DNA of 64,000 nucleotides from a virus (IMGVR_UViG_3300049044_000033:158796-222795), one strand, 5' to 3'; positions 1 to 10,429 are shown, counted from the stretch's first letter. Notes: generated by a model from the sequence alone, not told the origin. Numbers and translations: made by a program.

Positions 1-244
1 CCACGTGATCCTCTCGACTCAACTTCCTTTCTTTCAATTCGTCCTGACGAGTCTTTGACGAGTCGGGAACGAATTCGCACCTCTGGTATGTTCTAAATTG
101 AATTACTGGGAAATCCATGTTATCAAGGGTCTACCCGCTGGCGGGTAGCGTCTAGCTAATATGCTTTCTAGTATTCACTTTTGACCATGCCGGAGTGGCG
201 TTTATATATTAGAGACAGAGATCGATTCTAGGGTAAATAGGTAT

Positions 245-1546
245 ATGAAGAAAAGAATAGCATTCCTTATTAGTGATCAACATCTTATCCCACATGGCGG
301 CATTGGACAATTCGCCAAAGGCTTCTGTGAAATGGCAGAACGCAATGACTGTGTGGTTGATCTCATCCTAGACACTGAACCCCGCAACGTATTCTTCGAG
401 CTAAAGGGCAAGGTAGTCTTCCCAAAGAACTCCCATAGTCTGAAGGATCATCGCGACGCATTCGCATTCTCAGATTCCTATAACTTGGAACGTGCTGTGA
501 ATTTCCGCAATGCCATGATGTCAGCGTTTCAGACTAACATCTATGACCTCATCGTTATCAATACTCCAGAAGCCTACTTGGGCGTTTACCCGTTGGATAT
601 GGCTCGTCATATTCCCATGGTCTTCTATACCCACAATGAGAACTTGGTATTCCGTGACGAAGCCTTTAAGGGTGTCTTCAATCCAACCTTTGATTCGTTC
701 TTCATCGCAGCCATGAAGGCAGACGATTTGATCATCGGCACTCAGACGGATCGCAATACTGAGGAATTAGAGGCTGCAGGTTGTTCGGTCCTCACTTTGC
801 CAATGCCAATGCCTGAACGTGGTCTCTTAGAACCTTGGACCGGGGAGAAGTCTGGTCTCCTGTTTATTGGTCGTTGGGAAGAACGTAAGAACCCACAAGA
901 GTTCCTCAAAGTCGCTGCTGCTACAAAGCTTCCCGTGAAGGTCATGACTGCTCAGAAGAGTGTAAAGAAGTGGCAAGCTGAACTAGATAAGCTTGGCTTG
1001 GAACATGATGTCAGGGGTGGTATTACGGGGCAGGAGAAAGTTGATTTCATTCGTTCATCTAAGGTCTTCTACATGCCCAGCAAGAGTGAATCATATGGCT
1101 TTTCGCTCTTCGAAGCAGCTGGTCATTGTCACTGTGTTGTGCTTGAGCAATATGGCTGGACGAAAAACTGGGATCCAAGCCTCTTCTACAAAGTATCTCA
1201 GAAGGGTGCCGCAGAGCTCCTAGGAGAACTTTACAGCAGGGACGTTCCTGAGACTAACCTCGCTACTGTTAAGTCCATAGACCTCGATACGTGGACCCCG
1301 TGGGCGCTATTGATGGATGATTTCGAGGCACCTGAGAGCAAGAGCTCAGCAGCGAAGGTCGCCAGCGCAGATGACTTCTACGTTGAGGACTTTATCAAAG
1401 ATCTGAAGCGTTTTGCCTCAACCGAAGACATTCATTCTATTCTCACAAATCGATCCAAGTTCCAGATCACCTACACGGAGAAGGGAACTTGGATGTCACG
1501 TGAAGGAAATCCTCCAGCGAGTGAATCGGATTTATTCAGCTGGTAA
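245..1546 (+). CDS. Glycosyltransferase family 4 (GT-B fold)
   Basis: HGGIGQF N-terminal motif, LLFIGRWEERKNP, and MPSKSESYGFSLFEA (EX7E-type) motif; TAAATA just upstream. Confidence 0.8.
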   Translation: MKKRIAFLISDQHLIPHGGIGQFAKGFCEMAERNDCVVDLILDTEPRNVFFELKGKVVFPKNSHSLKDHRDAFAFSDSYNLERAVNFRNAMMSAFQTNIYDLIVINTPEAYLGVYPLDMARHIPMVFYTHNENLVFRDEAFKGVFNPTFDSFFIAAMKADDLIIGTQTDRNTEELEAAGCSVLTLPMPMPERGLLEPWTGEKSGLLFIGRWEERKNPQEFLKVAAATKLPVKVMTAQKSVKKWQAELDKLGLEHDVRGGITGQEKVDFIRSSKVFYMPSKSESYGFSLFEAAGHCHCVVLEQYGWTKNWDPSLFYKVSQKGAAELLGELYSRDVPETNLATVKSIDLDTWTPWALLMDDFEAPESKSSAAKVASADDFYVEDFIKDLKRFASTEDIHSILTNRSKFQITYTEKGTWMSREGNPPASESDLFSW

Positions 1547-1853
1547 GGGAAGAATGGGGAAGGAGATGCGCCGCATGAATCTAAAACGCGGTGCATTCCC
1601 ATGACGATGGAGCACCGCGCCGTGGGACCACTTTGTCATGATAACTTTGCGTATATAAGAACGAGCAGCCCGTCTAGACATTAAACCAGACGTCTCATTT
1701 TCAGGTAAACTGACGTAATACCAACCCCATTTCCAAGGGTTACGATATTCTTGCTGGTTTGGCTGACCCACTTTATTCTCCCTAGAACTGTCGTATTATA
1801 CGAGTTCGTAACGAGAATTCAAGCGTTAAGCTTGTCCTGAGGCTTATGCCCTG

Positions 1854-2483
1854 TTAACTGTCTTGTCGAGTCCAAAGGATATTCCCTTTGTCATCCGTAA
1901 TCTGCTTAACTGTTACGACAGGTACAGTTTTACGGCTAGATTTGATAATCTTTTCGTACCTTTCAATAAGGTAGACAGAAACCCTTTCGGCACTTGGAAG
2001 TTCTTCAAAACCTATATCCCGGAGGTCTTTTGCCGAAAGCTCTTCAATGTGATTATACCCGTTTGATGATGTTATGAGTGCGTTATAACCGTTGAAGGAC
2101 AATTTATCGAGAAGCGGAGAAGTAGAACCTGGGGTTGAATGTATCGCAGCCATTACATGATAGCTATTTTCATCCATGAAAAGTGGTGACATACCGCCGC
2201 GACTACTACCCTTCGGGCTATAGTTTAGATAGACGTAACCGATGTTAACACCTTGATCTTTCTGAGACTTAACAAACTCATCCACAGTGATCGTCGTATC
2301 GTTAACGTTGAAATAATCCAAGGCTAGTTTTGTATCTCGAAATCGAAGTGTATGGGCTAAGAAACCGTTATTGTCATATATCCTAAACAATAGTTCTTCG
2401 CAATTTTCGATTAGAAAAAGAGGTGTTGAGCTTCTATGTAATTCTTCTTGAGGGTCGTCCCATTCGAGAGCAGAAAAGATCAT
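1854..2483 (-). CDS. Hypothetical protein
   Basis: 209-aa ORF directly downstream of serS, co-oriented. Confidence 0.6.
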   Translation of the reverse strand: MIFSALEWDDPQEELHRSSTPLFLIENCEELLFRIYDNNGFLAHTLRFRDTKLALDYFNVNDTTITVDEFVKSQKDQGVNIGYVYLNYSPKGSSRGGMSPLFMDENSYHVMAAIHSTPGSTSPLLDKLSFNGYNALITSSNGYNHIEELSAKDLRDIGFEELPSAERVSVYLIERYEKIIKSSRKTVPVVTVKQITDDKGNILWTRQDS

Positions 2484-2492
2484 AAGCTCTCC

Positions 2493-3773
2493 TTATCCAA
2501 GTTCCGAGAGATAGTAAGCATCACCCATATAAGGCCGGAGAACCTCAGGGATACGAATGTCATCGTCAATCCAGTAATTCTCGAGAACAGCCACGAGAGT
2601 CCGCCCGACTGCTAACCCACTACCATTGAGAGTGTGGGCATAGACCGTCTGACCATCGACCTTGTATCGTGTATTCATACGACGAGCCTGGAAATCACCG
2701 CAATTCGAGATGCTGCTGATCTCTCGGTAGGCTTGCTGACCCGGGAGCCAAACTTCAAGATCCCAAGTCTTCCTCGCCGCAAAACCCATGTCACCCTTAC
2801 AGAGCAACATGCGACGATATGGAAGTTCCAAGGCTTCCAAGATGGCTTCAGCACTTTGAGCCATGTATTCGTGTTCACTGACACTCTTATGAGGTTCACA
2901 AATCGTTACCAGTTCTACTTTTTGGAACTGGTGCTGTCGAATAAGACCACGTGTATCTCGACCTGCGCTGCCAGCTTCAGCACGGAAGCATTCAGTTAGC
3001 GCCACAAAACGATGAATCGAACCTGGTATGAGAATGCTATCAGCTACAATATTCGTGAGAGGAACTTCGCCGGTCGGAATGAGGTATTGAGTTGTCTCTT
3101 CCTCGCCTGCAATTGCGAATAGATCTTCACCAAACTTAGGCAGCTGGGCTGTTCCATAGAGTGCTTCAGCGTTCACGATCACAGGAGGAATAACCTCCTT
3201 AAACTTGCGAGCAATATGCCTGTCGAGCATAAACTGACCAAGGGCACGATGTAGACGCGCAACACCTCCACCCAACATAGAGAAGCGAGCACCGGAGATC
3301 TTTGCCGCAGCATCCATGCCGAAGTCTAGATCCATTTCCCAGTGAGGGATACCGACCTTAAGGTCTTCGAGGTATGGTCGGTACTCGCGAATCTTCAGAT
3401 TCTGGCTTTCATCCTTGCCCTCAGGGACCTCAGAAGCAGCAACATTGGGACACTGTAGCAAGTTGTATTCGAGTATCTCGACATTGCTCTTGAGCGTATT
3501 TTCCCAATAGAGAAGGTTGCCCTTGTGGACTGCTACTCCGGCCTTTAGAGCCCCGGCGGTATTATGATCACCGGCCTTCATAGCCTGACCAATCTGGTTA
3601 CTCAGATCCTTAATGAGATTTCGGATCCTGTCGATCTCAGTCTGAGCTTTTCGACGATAGTCATCATATTTGAGGATTACCTCACTCATCGGTTGATGAC
3701 CTCGAGCTACCATGGCAGCATCAAAAGCCGTTGGATCGTCTCGGATAGACTTGATGTCAAAATGATATTTCAT
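2493..3773 (-). CDS. serS: Seryl-tRNA synthetase
   Basis: N-terminal coiled-coil arm; class II motifs YLIPTGEVPLTN, CFRAEAGSAGRDTRGLIRQHQFQKVEL, NGSGLAVGRT. Confidence 0.97.
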   Translation of the reverse strand: MKYHFDIKSIRDDPTAFDAAMVARGHQPMSEVILKYDDYRRKAQTEIDRIRNLIKDLSNQIGQAMKAGDHNTAGALKAGVAVHKGNLLYWENTLKSNVEILEYNLLQCPNVAASEVPEGKDESQNLKIREYRPYLEDLKVGIPHWEMDLDFGMDAAAKISGARFSMLGGGVARLHRALGQFMLDRHIARKFKEVIPPVIVNAEALYGTAQLPKFGEDLFAIAGEEETTQYLIPTGEVPLTNIVADSILIPGSIHRFVALTECFRAEAGSAGRDTRGLIRQHQFQKVELVTICEPHKSVSEHEYMAQSAEAILEALELPYRRMLLCKGDMGFAARKTWDLEVWLPGQQAYREISSISNCGDFQARRMNTRYKVDGQTVYAHTLNGSGLAVGRTLVAVLENYWIDDDIRIPEVLRPYMGDAYYLSELG

Positions 3774-3861
3774 ACCAAACTTTTACGACGTTCTGCATTC
3801 TTGTCAACCACAAGGAAGCCCCGAAGTTTCCTCCGGGGCCTTCTTAACTAAGTTCTAAGGC

Positions 3862-4581
3862 TTAGGAGCGAACGTCAAACTCGAAAGTCCGAACCTCACC
3901 CGCGAACTCGACCTGCACACCGACCGTCAGAGGAAGCCGACCCTTGATCTTCCGAACCACAGCTTTGCCGCCATATGAGTTCTCGGGATCGATAGTGGTC
4001 GTCTGAAGAATCTCATCCTTCAGATTTTCCAAGGTCCGCTGAAGACCAATCTGGCTTGCTGCGATCGCCACACCACCGGCGCCCAAAGTAGCAACCTGGC
4101 CGCCTGAGAGTCCCGGTCGACTGATGACCGTGGTCGACGAACCCCAAGAACCGTGGCTGCGAATATAGGTGTTATTATCCTGGGCGGCCGCTGCTGCGCC
4201 TGCCAGCATAGCGTAGCCGATCTGCGACCACATCGCGCGGCTCTTCGCCTTCTTCTCGAGTTCATTTTTCGTGAAGCAGGCATATTGTGTGCCGCCGTTG
4301 ATCACGGAAACGTTTTCGATGCCGAAATTCACCGGCGCGCCGCTCTTGTTGTAGGCCAGGACCATGAACTGCAGACTGCCGTGGTCGAGTGTTTCGATGG
4401 GAACAACCCGAACCGAGCCGTACTTCAGATCATCTTCGATCGTCGGAATGCCCTGATGGTACCGCAGAGTCTGTCCTTCTGTTGGTCGCGCCGTGAATTC
4501 GAGTGAGTTCTGATCTGCTAATGCTGGCGTGGAAATTGCTGCCAACGCGATAGCAGCAATACTGAAAAGCTTACGAAACAT
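3862..4581 (-). CDS. Secreted hypothetical protein
   Basis: Signal peptide ending ALA-DQ; visibly GC-richer than its neighbours. Confidence 0.75.
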   Translation of the reverse strand: MFRKLFSIAAIALAAISTPALADQNSLEFTARPTEGQTLRYHQGIPTIEDDLKYGSVRVVPIETLDHGSLQFMVLAYNKSGAPVNFGIENVSVINGGTQYACFTKNELEKKAKSRAMWSQIGYAMLAGAAAAAQDNNTYIRSHGSWGSSTTVISRPGLSGGQVATLGAGGVAIAASQIGLQRTLENLKDEILQTTTIDPENSYGGKAVVRKIKGRLPLTVGVQVEFAGEVRTFEFDVRS

Positions 4582-4654
4582 TTTACGATCTCCCCGTTAG
4601 TGGAAGCACCAACTTATAGGAGAAATCCTGTTTGTCAACTGTGGATATTCACTC

Positions 4655-5576
4655 ATGGTGAAACCCGGTCCGTTTCCGAACCAGGCTTCATTCATTTGGG
4701 GCAGGATGAGAATACTCCTGCTTACACCGGCCTTCGAGCATTATCCCCAAGTATGACCTCGGTTTTCTCTCGATTTCCACTACCAGTAGCCAAGGCAGTC
4801 TAGTAGTATCCGGCAAAGCCGCTTCCAATTTATATACCGCTGGCAGTAGCGGTGACCCTGCAATGCTATTCAGCAACGTCTGTTCACGCCAGCCTTCGCA
4901 GACTGTTAAGGGGTTGCGCCCCAACATAAACTCTTCTACTGAAGCCGTCGGGATTTCGGTCCCTTCAGCCCCTCTGTTAGCCGTAGCCCAGAGGATTAGG
5001 CTTCTTTCGCCCCTAAAAGGGACTAGCAAAGCAAGCGAGTTAGGCTTTCGATTTTTGGTCGTCAGACACAGCAGTTTGACTATTTGAACCCATTACGATG
5101 TGCTAACTCAGTGGCTTCATTGGCTTTTGACCAACAAAATACCACACACCACGTATCTCAACCCTTGCGAGGTCTTGATCATTTTTCAGGAACTGTCTAA
5201 GTTGCCTTAGCCAACCCCTTAAAATTGCCGAACGCCCTTGGTGCAATCCTCGGACTAAACGACTATCTCTTACCACTCGGTACTGACCATATTTCGCTGG
5301 AACCGTCGGGTTGCGAAGCCCGTTAGTAAGCCGCTTGTCGCCACTTACCTTATACCAACTTTCGTTGGAACAGATATCCTATGGTGTCCTACCTATCCCC
5401 GCTACCTTGTTTAAGGGCTCGAGGAACTTCCTTTTGGGAAGTAGGTTGAGACTTGCTTGGTGAGTCGACAAACTTACGTCTATCGTGGAACCTATTGGGT
5501 TTCGGTTCCTTTCCATTAGGTTACCCTAATGTTACTCAATAGCGGCCCCAAGCGGCCAAACTTTCTAACTCTGTTG
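4655..5576 (-). ncRNA. Candidate large structured ncRNA (~0.9 kb)
   Basis: No credible long ORF; upstream TTGACA-17-TAAAGT; many tetraloop hairpins (CCAAC-GAAA-GTTGG, GGGA-CCGAAA-TCCC); closing hairpin at 4660-4689. Confidence 0.65.
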
Positions 5577-5582
5577 CTGACC

Positions 5583-5611
5583 ACTTTAACACCGAAGTAT
5601 CTAGCTGTCAA
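5583..5611 (-). promoter_or_regulatory. Sigma70-like promoter for the large ncRNA
   Basis: TTGACA-17 nt-TAAAGT on the minus strand. Confidence 0.65.
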
Positions 5612-6087
5612 CAACTTTGTTTCGATCGTTGCCTCTGCGGCACAGAAGCAAAACTCTAGTTAGCCCTCATCGTTTTCCAAGGATAGTTGTTCCCGTTGGA
5701 AACTCCCGACCTTGTTCTACTCTTGCTAACCTTCGTAGTGCTCTGCACCGCGTTGGTCTCACTCTTATACGGAAACTTGTTAGGTGAATCAACATAAAAA
5801 TTAGATTATTTTGAAATTATTTTCACCAGGGTTATTCATGGTTTTGGGCCCCCGATGATTTCTCACCAGGAGCCCAACGTCATGAGCTTTCGCTCTACGA
5901 TTTCAGGGTGTTGGGTGTTTGGCTCACGAAGTCCAACTGACCTACTAACCCTTATTTTAGCCACTGTAGTGCGACCTACGGAAGCAAACCGATCTAGAAA
6001 GCTTCCACTCGTGACTAAAACTTATGTAGTAATACGAAAGTGTTAACCTTCGTTCAAGAACAAATTGCGACCCATCTATTTTTAATA

Positions 6088-6586
6088 TGGTTAGGGCTCT
6101 AAAGGGGCGAACCTCTAGAGCCCAACCAAGCTAGCCGAAGCCTGCTCGGTTTTCGTTGCCGTCGGGTACTTTGACACATTCCCAGAGGGAATAGCCAGGG
6201 AGCCTCCAGTTGACAACAAAACTCGGTTTAGGCCAGCTAGGTCTCTTCCCACGAAAGGTCAATCTCTAGCTGGCCAACCAACAAGACCGAAGCCTTGTGG
6301 CATTTGTGTAGGGGCTCTGCATAGGCCCTAAGGCCACTAAGCGGAGTCTTTCACAAATTCGGTTTAGGGACCAGTCAATCCGAAAACTAACTGGTCCCAA
6401 CCAACAAAGAATCAACGCGAGCCGAATCTTTGTGGCTTCTGTGCCAGGGATCTACTGTTGCTATGATCGGACCGAAGTCTTCTCAGGGAGTTCAGCAGTC
6501 TTTGCACAAAACTCGGTTTAGGACAGTTGGGTTTAAATCAGGAGATCGCTACCCAACTGTCCAACCAGTGAACCGAAGTTCATTGG
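6088..6586 (-). repeat. Array of four structurally conserved hairpin units
   Basis: Each unit on minus strand: UUCG hairpin, GGUU-GG[8-12 bp variable stem]CC-UA-(A)ACC; stems start at + coordinates 6094, 6231, 6367, 6521. Confidence 0.85.
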
Positions 6587-6750
6587 TATCGGGAGGAGTG
6601 CGCGATCAACAATCAAGTAAGCCGAAGCTTTCTTAAACTGTCCCATCAGCAGCAACATCGCTTCCGATAGCTGTTATGTATGCGCTACTAAGATGCCTTG
6701 CAAGCGGAGATTACGAAATTTTTACACAAGCCTGTGGATAACTTTGTGGA

Positions 6751-7536
6751 TTAATTTCGGATCCGTCGCCCGACTACCAGCCCTGTTACCGCCATGCCGA
6801 ACAGGAGAAACATAGGAGGTGCAGGCACATCAGTAGGTGGAGTCCCACCAGAGCTTCCACCCGAACTACTAGAGCTAGACGAGGTGCTAGAACTAGATGA
6901 AGAGCTCGAACTGCTAGATGTGCTGCTACTCGAGGAAGTGCTGCTAGACGTGCTCGTAGACACATTTCCAGAACTGCTCGTAACGTTCCCACTCGAAGTT
7001 GATACGTTACCACTCGAACTCGAGACTCCTCCCGTTGACGTTGATACATTGCCTGAGGAGGTGGAAAAATTTCCCGATGAAGTAGATACGCCGCCGGTTG
7101 TCGATGATGTAGAGCTTGAGACACCGCCGGTTGAGCTGCTCGTTGAAGAGATCACAACAGAACCGCCACCGCTGCTTCCGCCGCTCCCTCCAAAGAAGCC
7201 ACCCATGAACCCGCCGCTCGAACTGCCACCCCAATTACCCTGATGCGCAGATGACCCACTGGAACCGGATTCAACTGGCATATTGGCAATCGGCGCTGCG
7301 TAGTTGTTAACTGTTACGACTACTGGTGCTGCGGTTGGCTTGGCGACGGGTTTACGAACCACCGGACGCTTCTTGACCACGTGGCGCTTGATCGGCTTAC
7401 GAGCAACAGCTTTGCTCTTGGTTGCCTTCACAACAGCCGGACGAGGCGACTGGGCTACGTGAACTGCACCACCGGTAATAAGTGCTCCACCACAAACGCA
7501 GGCAGAGATTTTTGCGAGAGCCATACGAACTGACAT
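6751..7536 (-). CDS. PEP-CTERM-type sorting-domain protein with Ser/Thr/Gly-rich linker
   Basis: C-terminal DVPAPPMFLLFGMAVTGLVVGRRIRN; N-terminus MSVRMALAKISACVCGG resembles a sphingomonad family I recall. Confidence 0.85.
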   Translation of the reverse strand: MSVRMALAKISACVCGGALITGGAVHVAQSPRPAVVKATKSKAVARKPIKRHVVKKRPVVRKPVAKPTAAPVVVTVNNYAAPIANMPVESGSSGSSAHQGNWGGSSSGGFMGGFFGGSGGSSGGGSVVISSTSSSTGGVSSSTSSTTGGVSTSSGNFSTSSGNVSTSTGGVSSSSGNVSTSSGNVTSSSGNVSTSTSSSTSSSSSTSSSSSSSSSSSTSSSSSSSGGSSGGTPPTDVPAPPMFLLFGMAVTGLVVGRRIRN

Positions 7537-7588
7537 AGAATCCTCCTATTCCTACTCTTTATATAGGAGAATTCCAGTGTCAAGTCGG

Positions 7589-7933
7589 TTAACTATGAAA
7601 TACCCATCCTGCCTGGCTAGCATTCTCAACTAGTCGATCTCGAAAGGCAAAGACCACTTCTTCCGAGTCACAGTTATAAGGCCACGGCGAACCAGCATAT
7701 TGGTTCGCTACAGCATCCAAGAGGTATTCCCTCTCATACGTGTCAAGCGTTGGACACTTTGCTTTTCGGGTTATTTCGCCCGAATAACCTGTGATCAAGA
7801 GGCGCACTAGAGTAGGATTCGCGATCACAATAGCCGCAATGATTGCTCGATTGGGTGCAATCATTCCTCGGCTCTTTAGCGTGTTATCGCAAACTTCCAA
7901 GTGCTGCGGTTTCAAAGTTGAGAGTCTGGGCAT
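7589..7933 (-). CDS. Hypothetical protein
   Basis: 114-aa ORF with plausible SD and own intergenic region. Confidence 0.65.
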   Translation of the reverse strand: MPRLSTLKPQHLEVCDNTLKSRGMIAPNRAIIAAIVIANPTLVRLLITGYSGEITRKAKCPTLDTYEREYLLDAVANQYAGSPWPYNCDSEEVVFAFRDRLVENASQAGWVFHS

Positions 7934-8134
7934 AATTCATGGTATCTCCTTTCTTACTTGATTGGTAACATAGGAGATAGATTTGTCAACCACAGATAGA
8001 TACACCTCCGGTCAAAGGGGGACGATGACCGGAGGTGTTTTACGAGGGACTCCGCTGTAAAGCGCGAGCACATGCTATCTAGCATCATAAAAACGCGAGT
8101 CAAGCATACGCTTAAAAATTATTGTTAATGTATG

Positions 8135-8563
8135 TTAGAAATCAGTTCCCTTACCACATCCACGCTGGCGACCTTTGCCATCTGGACGAGGAACTACTGC
8201 TACACTTCGACCTTCGCCACCCGCATAGTCATTCTGAACTTGGATGAATTCGCAGCCGGTTGCCTTGTCCCTAAAGACATATAGGTCATTATTAGCGTTG
8301 GGATTCACAAACTCGAGGAGGCGTGATTTCTCTTCCTCTTCCATTTGATTTTCAACTTCTGCCTCGTAGACTTCGTTAGCAGCGTCGATGGCTGCTGCCT
8401 CATTGTCGAGCCCGTTAATGAGTTCGCTATCAGCGAGTGGCACGTCTGAAGCCACATATTCTGTAGTTTCAGTCTCACCATCATCTATCGCTTGAGCTTC
8501 CTCATTGCCCCTACATGCCGAGAGAGCCAAAGCCAAACATCCAATCAAGAGAACTTTCTTCAA
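8135..8563 (-). CDS. Putative lipoprotein
   Basis: Lipobox LALSAC; acidic linker. Confidence 0.7.
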   Translation of the reverse strand: MKKVLLIGCLALALSACRGNEEAQAIDDGETETTEYVASDVPLADSELINGLDNEAAAIDAANEVYEAEVENQMEEEEKSRLLEFVNPNANNDLYVFRDKATGCEFIQVQNDYAGGEGRSVAVVPRPDGKGRQRGCGKGTDF

Positions 8564-8616
8564 AGATTAATTCCTTTCCACCTACCTTTAACAAAGCGTA
8601 GGAAGGAGTCAACCTT

Positions 8617-9030
8617 TTAGGTGTTTGCTGCCCTCTTGAGCAATAAGGCTGTGAATTCTGCCATATTGGAAACATGACATTTTCGATAGGCTTTGTGGAT
8701 TTGGGTGCGGATAGTCTGGGCCCGCTTCTTAGTAATTTCGCTGATTTCAGCCGGAGTCTTACCCGTAGTGAGAAGCCTCAATACATCAAATTCAGCTTGA
8801 CTAAGGTTATATTCATCCTTCAGCCACGCCATGTCATATGGCGTTTCCATATAACACAAGATGTCTTCGAGAAGCTGCCGGGTGTCAGGACTGCGGGCAA
8901 TTTTCAAATGCGATAATATTCTCTCCTTAATACCTTGCTTTGGCATTGGGAGCGATAAGCTGGTCATATTCCTCAGATCATATTCGCAAGAGGAAGAAAC
9001 TATCAAGGCATTATGGCTGGTTTGTATCAT
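8617..9030 (-). CDS. LuxR-type HTH transcriptional regulator
   Basis: LSQAEFDVLRLLTTGKTPAEISEITKKRAQTIRTQIHKAYRKCHV matches the LuxR HTH pattern. Confidence 0.78.
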   Translation of the reverse strand: MIQTSHNALIVSSSCEYDLRNMTSLSLPMPKQGIKERILSHLKIARSPDTRQLLEDILCYMETPYDMAWLKDEYNLSQAEFDVLRLLTTGKTPAEISEITKKRAQTIRTQIHKAYRKCHVSNMAEFTALLLKRAANT

Positions 9031-9045
9031 TTTGTCAACACTCTA

Positions 9046-10152
9046 TTAGACCGAGCCTGTGGCTAGAAGCCATCGAGGATCAGTCACTATACTGAGCATC
9101 TCCTCCTGATAATCTTGTATAGAAAACATGGACTCATTGATACTTTTGGTCTTTGTATTTGCCACCACGGTGTAGTGGGGCATTAGCAGCCAAGTAAGGG
9201 AACAAAACATCTTATGGTATTTGTCATCAAGTTCTTGGAGACGATTCCGAGCCCAAAATTGTTCGGATGAAAAATATGCTTCAGGGATCCAAGTTGAGAT
9301 CTTAAAGGTATAATGAACGTCAACTTCGTCCTCTACCTCCAAGGTTGATCTATAGGGTGGCTGAGTAGCCACCGATCGCATAATACCATCCTGGAACCTC
9401 AAGCGTTCAATGCTACAACCGTGAATCGTATTTAAACGATTGGTTCGACCTATGTTCCCAAGAAGAGCCCCATTGCTGTATGGTATGAGGAAACGTTCGC
9501 CGACTGCACCAGCGGTTGAGGAATAAGAATACAAGATATGCGCAACATGTCTCAACCAGTCGAATAAGTTGTCAGACATATGCTGTAGCGGTTCACGTTC
9601 TACTAAGCCTCTCTGGATCATCCGATAGAGGGCATGTTGGCTCAAGAGCACAAAGCAAGAAGTGAGATCACCTACAAGCTTTTTCTTATTCACTGACAAA
9701 GTAAACTGGTATAGTTCAAGCATCTTCTCAAGGTGCTGACTTTGATCATCTTCGCCGATATTAGAGATGACCTTGCGCTGACTTAGATCCCAGAACTGAT
9801 ATGTCTTTGCTGGGGAGAATCCAAATTCCGGACCCATCTTAGCTCGCATTGAGAATTCACGGAATGGATTGAAAAGCTCTTTGACACGATGGTCAATCTC
9901 GTCTTGGACTTCTATGAGACGTTTAGCCGTTAGAGGGCCTTGGAAATAATAACCCGAATCAGGGCCTCTCTTCTCAATACCAGGCTTGAGGAACTTCCCA
10001 GCTAGGTTCTGGATAGTTTCTTTGTTTCGAGGCTTCGTGAGGTGTCGGATCTCTTCCTTCACCAATCCCCAGGCTAACCTGTCGTATTCCTCTTCAAGCA
10101 CCGTTTCGATCTCCAATGCTACCACTAATAGCATGGAAGTAAAAGGTGTCAA
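9046..10152 (-). CDS. Hypothetical protein
   Basis: 368-aa ORF. Confidence 0.75.
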   Translation of the reverse strand: MTPFTSMLLVVALEIETVLEEEYDRLAWGLVKEEIRHLTKPRNKETIQNLAGKFLKPGIEKRGPDSGYYFQGPLTAKRLIEVQDEIDHRVKELFNPFREFSMRAKMGPEFGFSPAKTYQFWDLSQRKVISNIGEDDQSQHLEKMLELYQFTLSVNKKKLVGDLTSCFVLLSQHALYRMIQRGLVEREPLQHMSDNLFDWLRHVAHILYSYSSTAGAVGERFLIPYSNGALLGNIGRTNRLNTIHGCSIERLRFQDGIMRSVATQPPYRSTLEVEDEVDVHYTFKISTWIPEAYFSSEQFWARNRLQELDDKYHKMFCSLTWLLMPHYTVVANTKTKSINESMFSIQDYQEEMLSIVTDPRWLLATGSV

Positions 10153-10171
10153 GTTTGGTTTGAACGAGGTA

Positions 10172-10429
10172 TTAGCCCCAGGTTAATCTGCAGAGCATTG
10201 CTGATTTAGCATCGGGTAGAACAAAGAAAAGGGATCCTATCACGTGCCCTCTACCATTCTCTACGCGCTTTGCTGCGTATTCCTCGTTGTGCTTACGCAT
10301 ATCAGCTTGTTGCTGTTCAGAGACTTGTAGAGAGAATACCCTATAGGTCCACCCAGGAGCATACTGATCTAGCCAAGCGTGAAGCTCAGGTAAACGACAT
10401 AGTTCAAAGGATAGCAGGAGGCAGGTCAT
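10172..10429 (-). CDS. Hypothetical protein, A-x-x-x-[KR]-L-x-[WY] family
   Basis: Ends SAMLCRLTWG. Confidence 0.6.
   Translation of the reverse strand: MTCLLLSFELCRLPELHAWLDQYAPGWTYRVFSLQVSEQQQADMRKHNEEYAAKRVENGRGHVIGSLFFVLPDAKSAMLCRLTWG

Noticed and set aside
4688..5029. 113-aa minus-strand ORF and overlapping short ORFs
   Set aside because: No SD, no family features; lies in a hairpin-dense promoter-driven region better explained as ncRNA
6800..7130. Short tandem DNA repeats (GAGCTAGA, GTGCTGCTA)
   Set aside because: Explained by the low-complexity Ser/Thr linker of the PEP-CTERM protein
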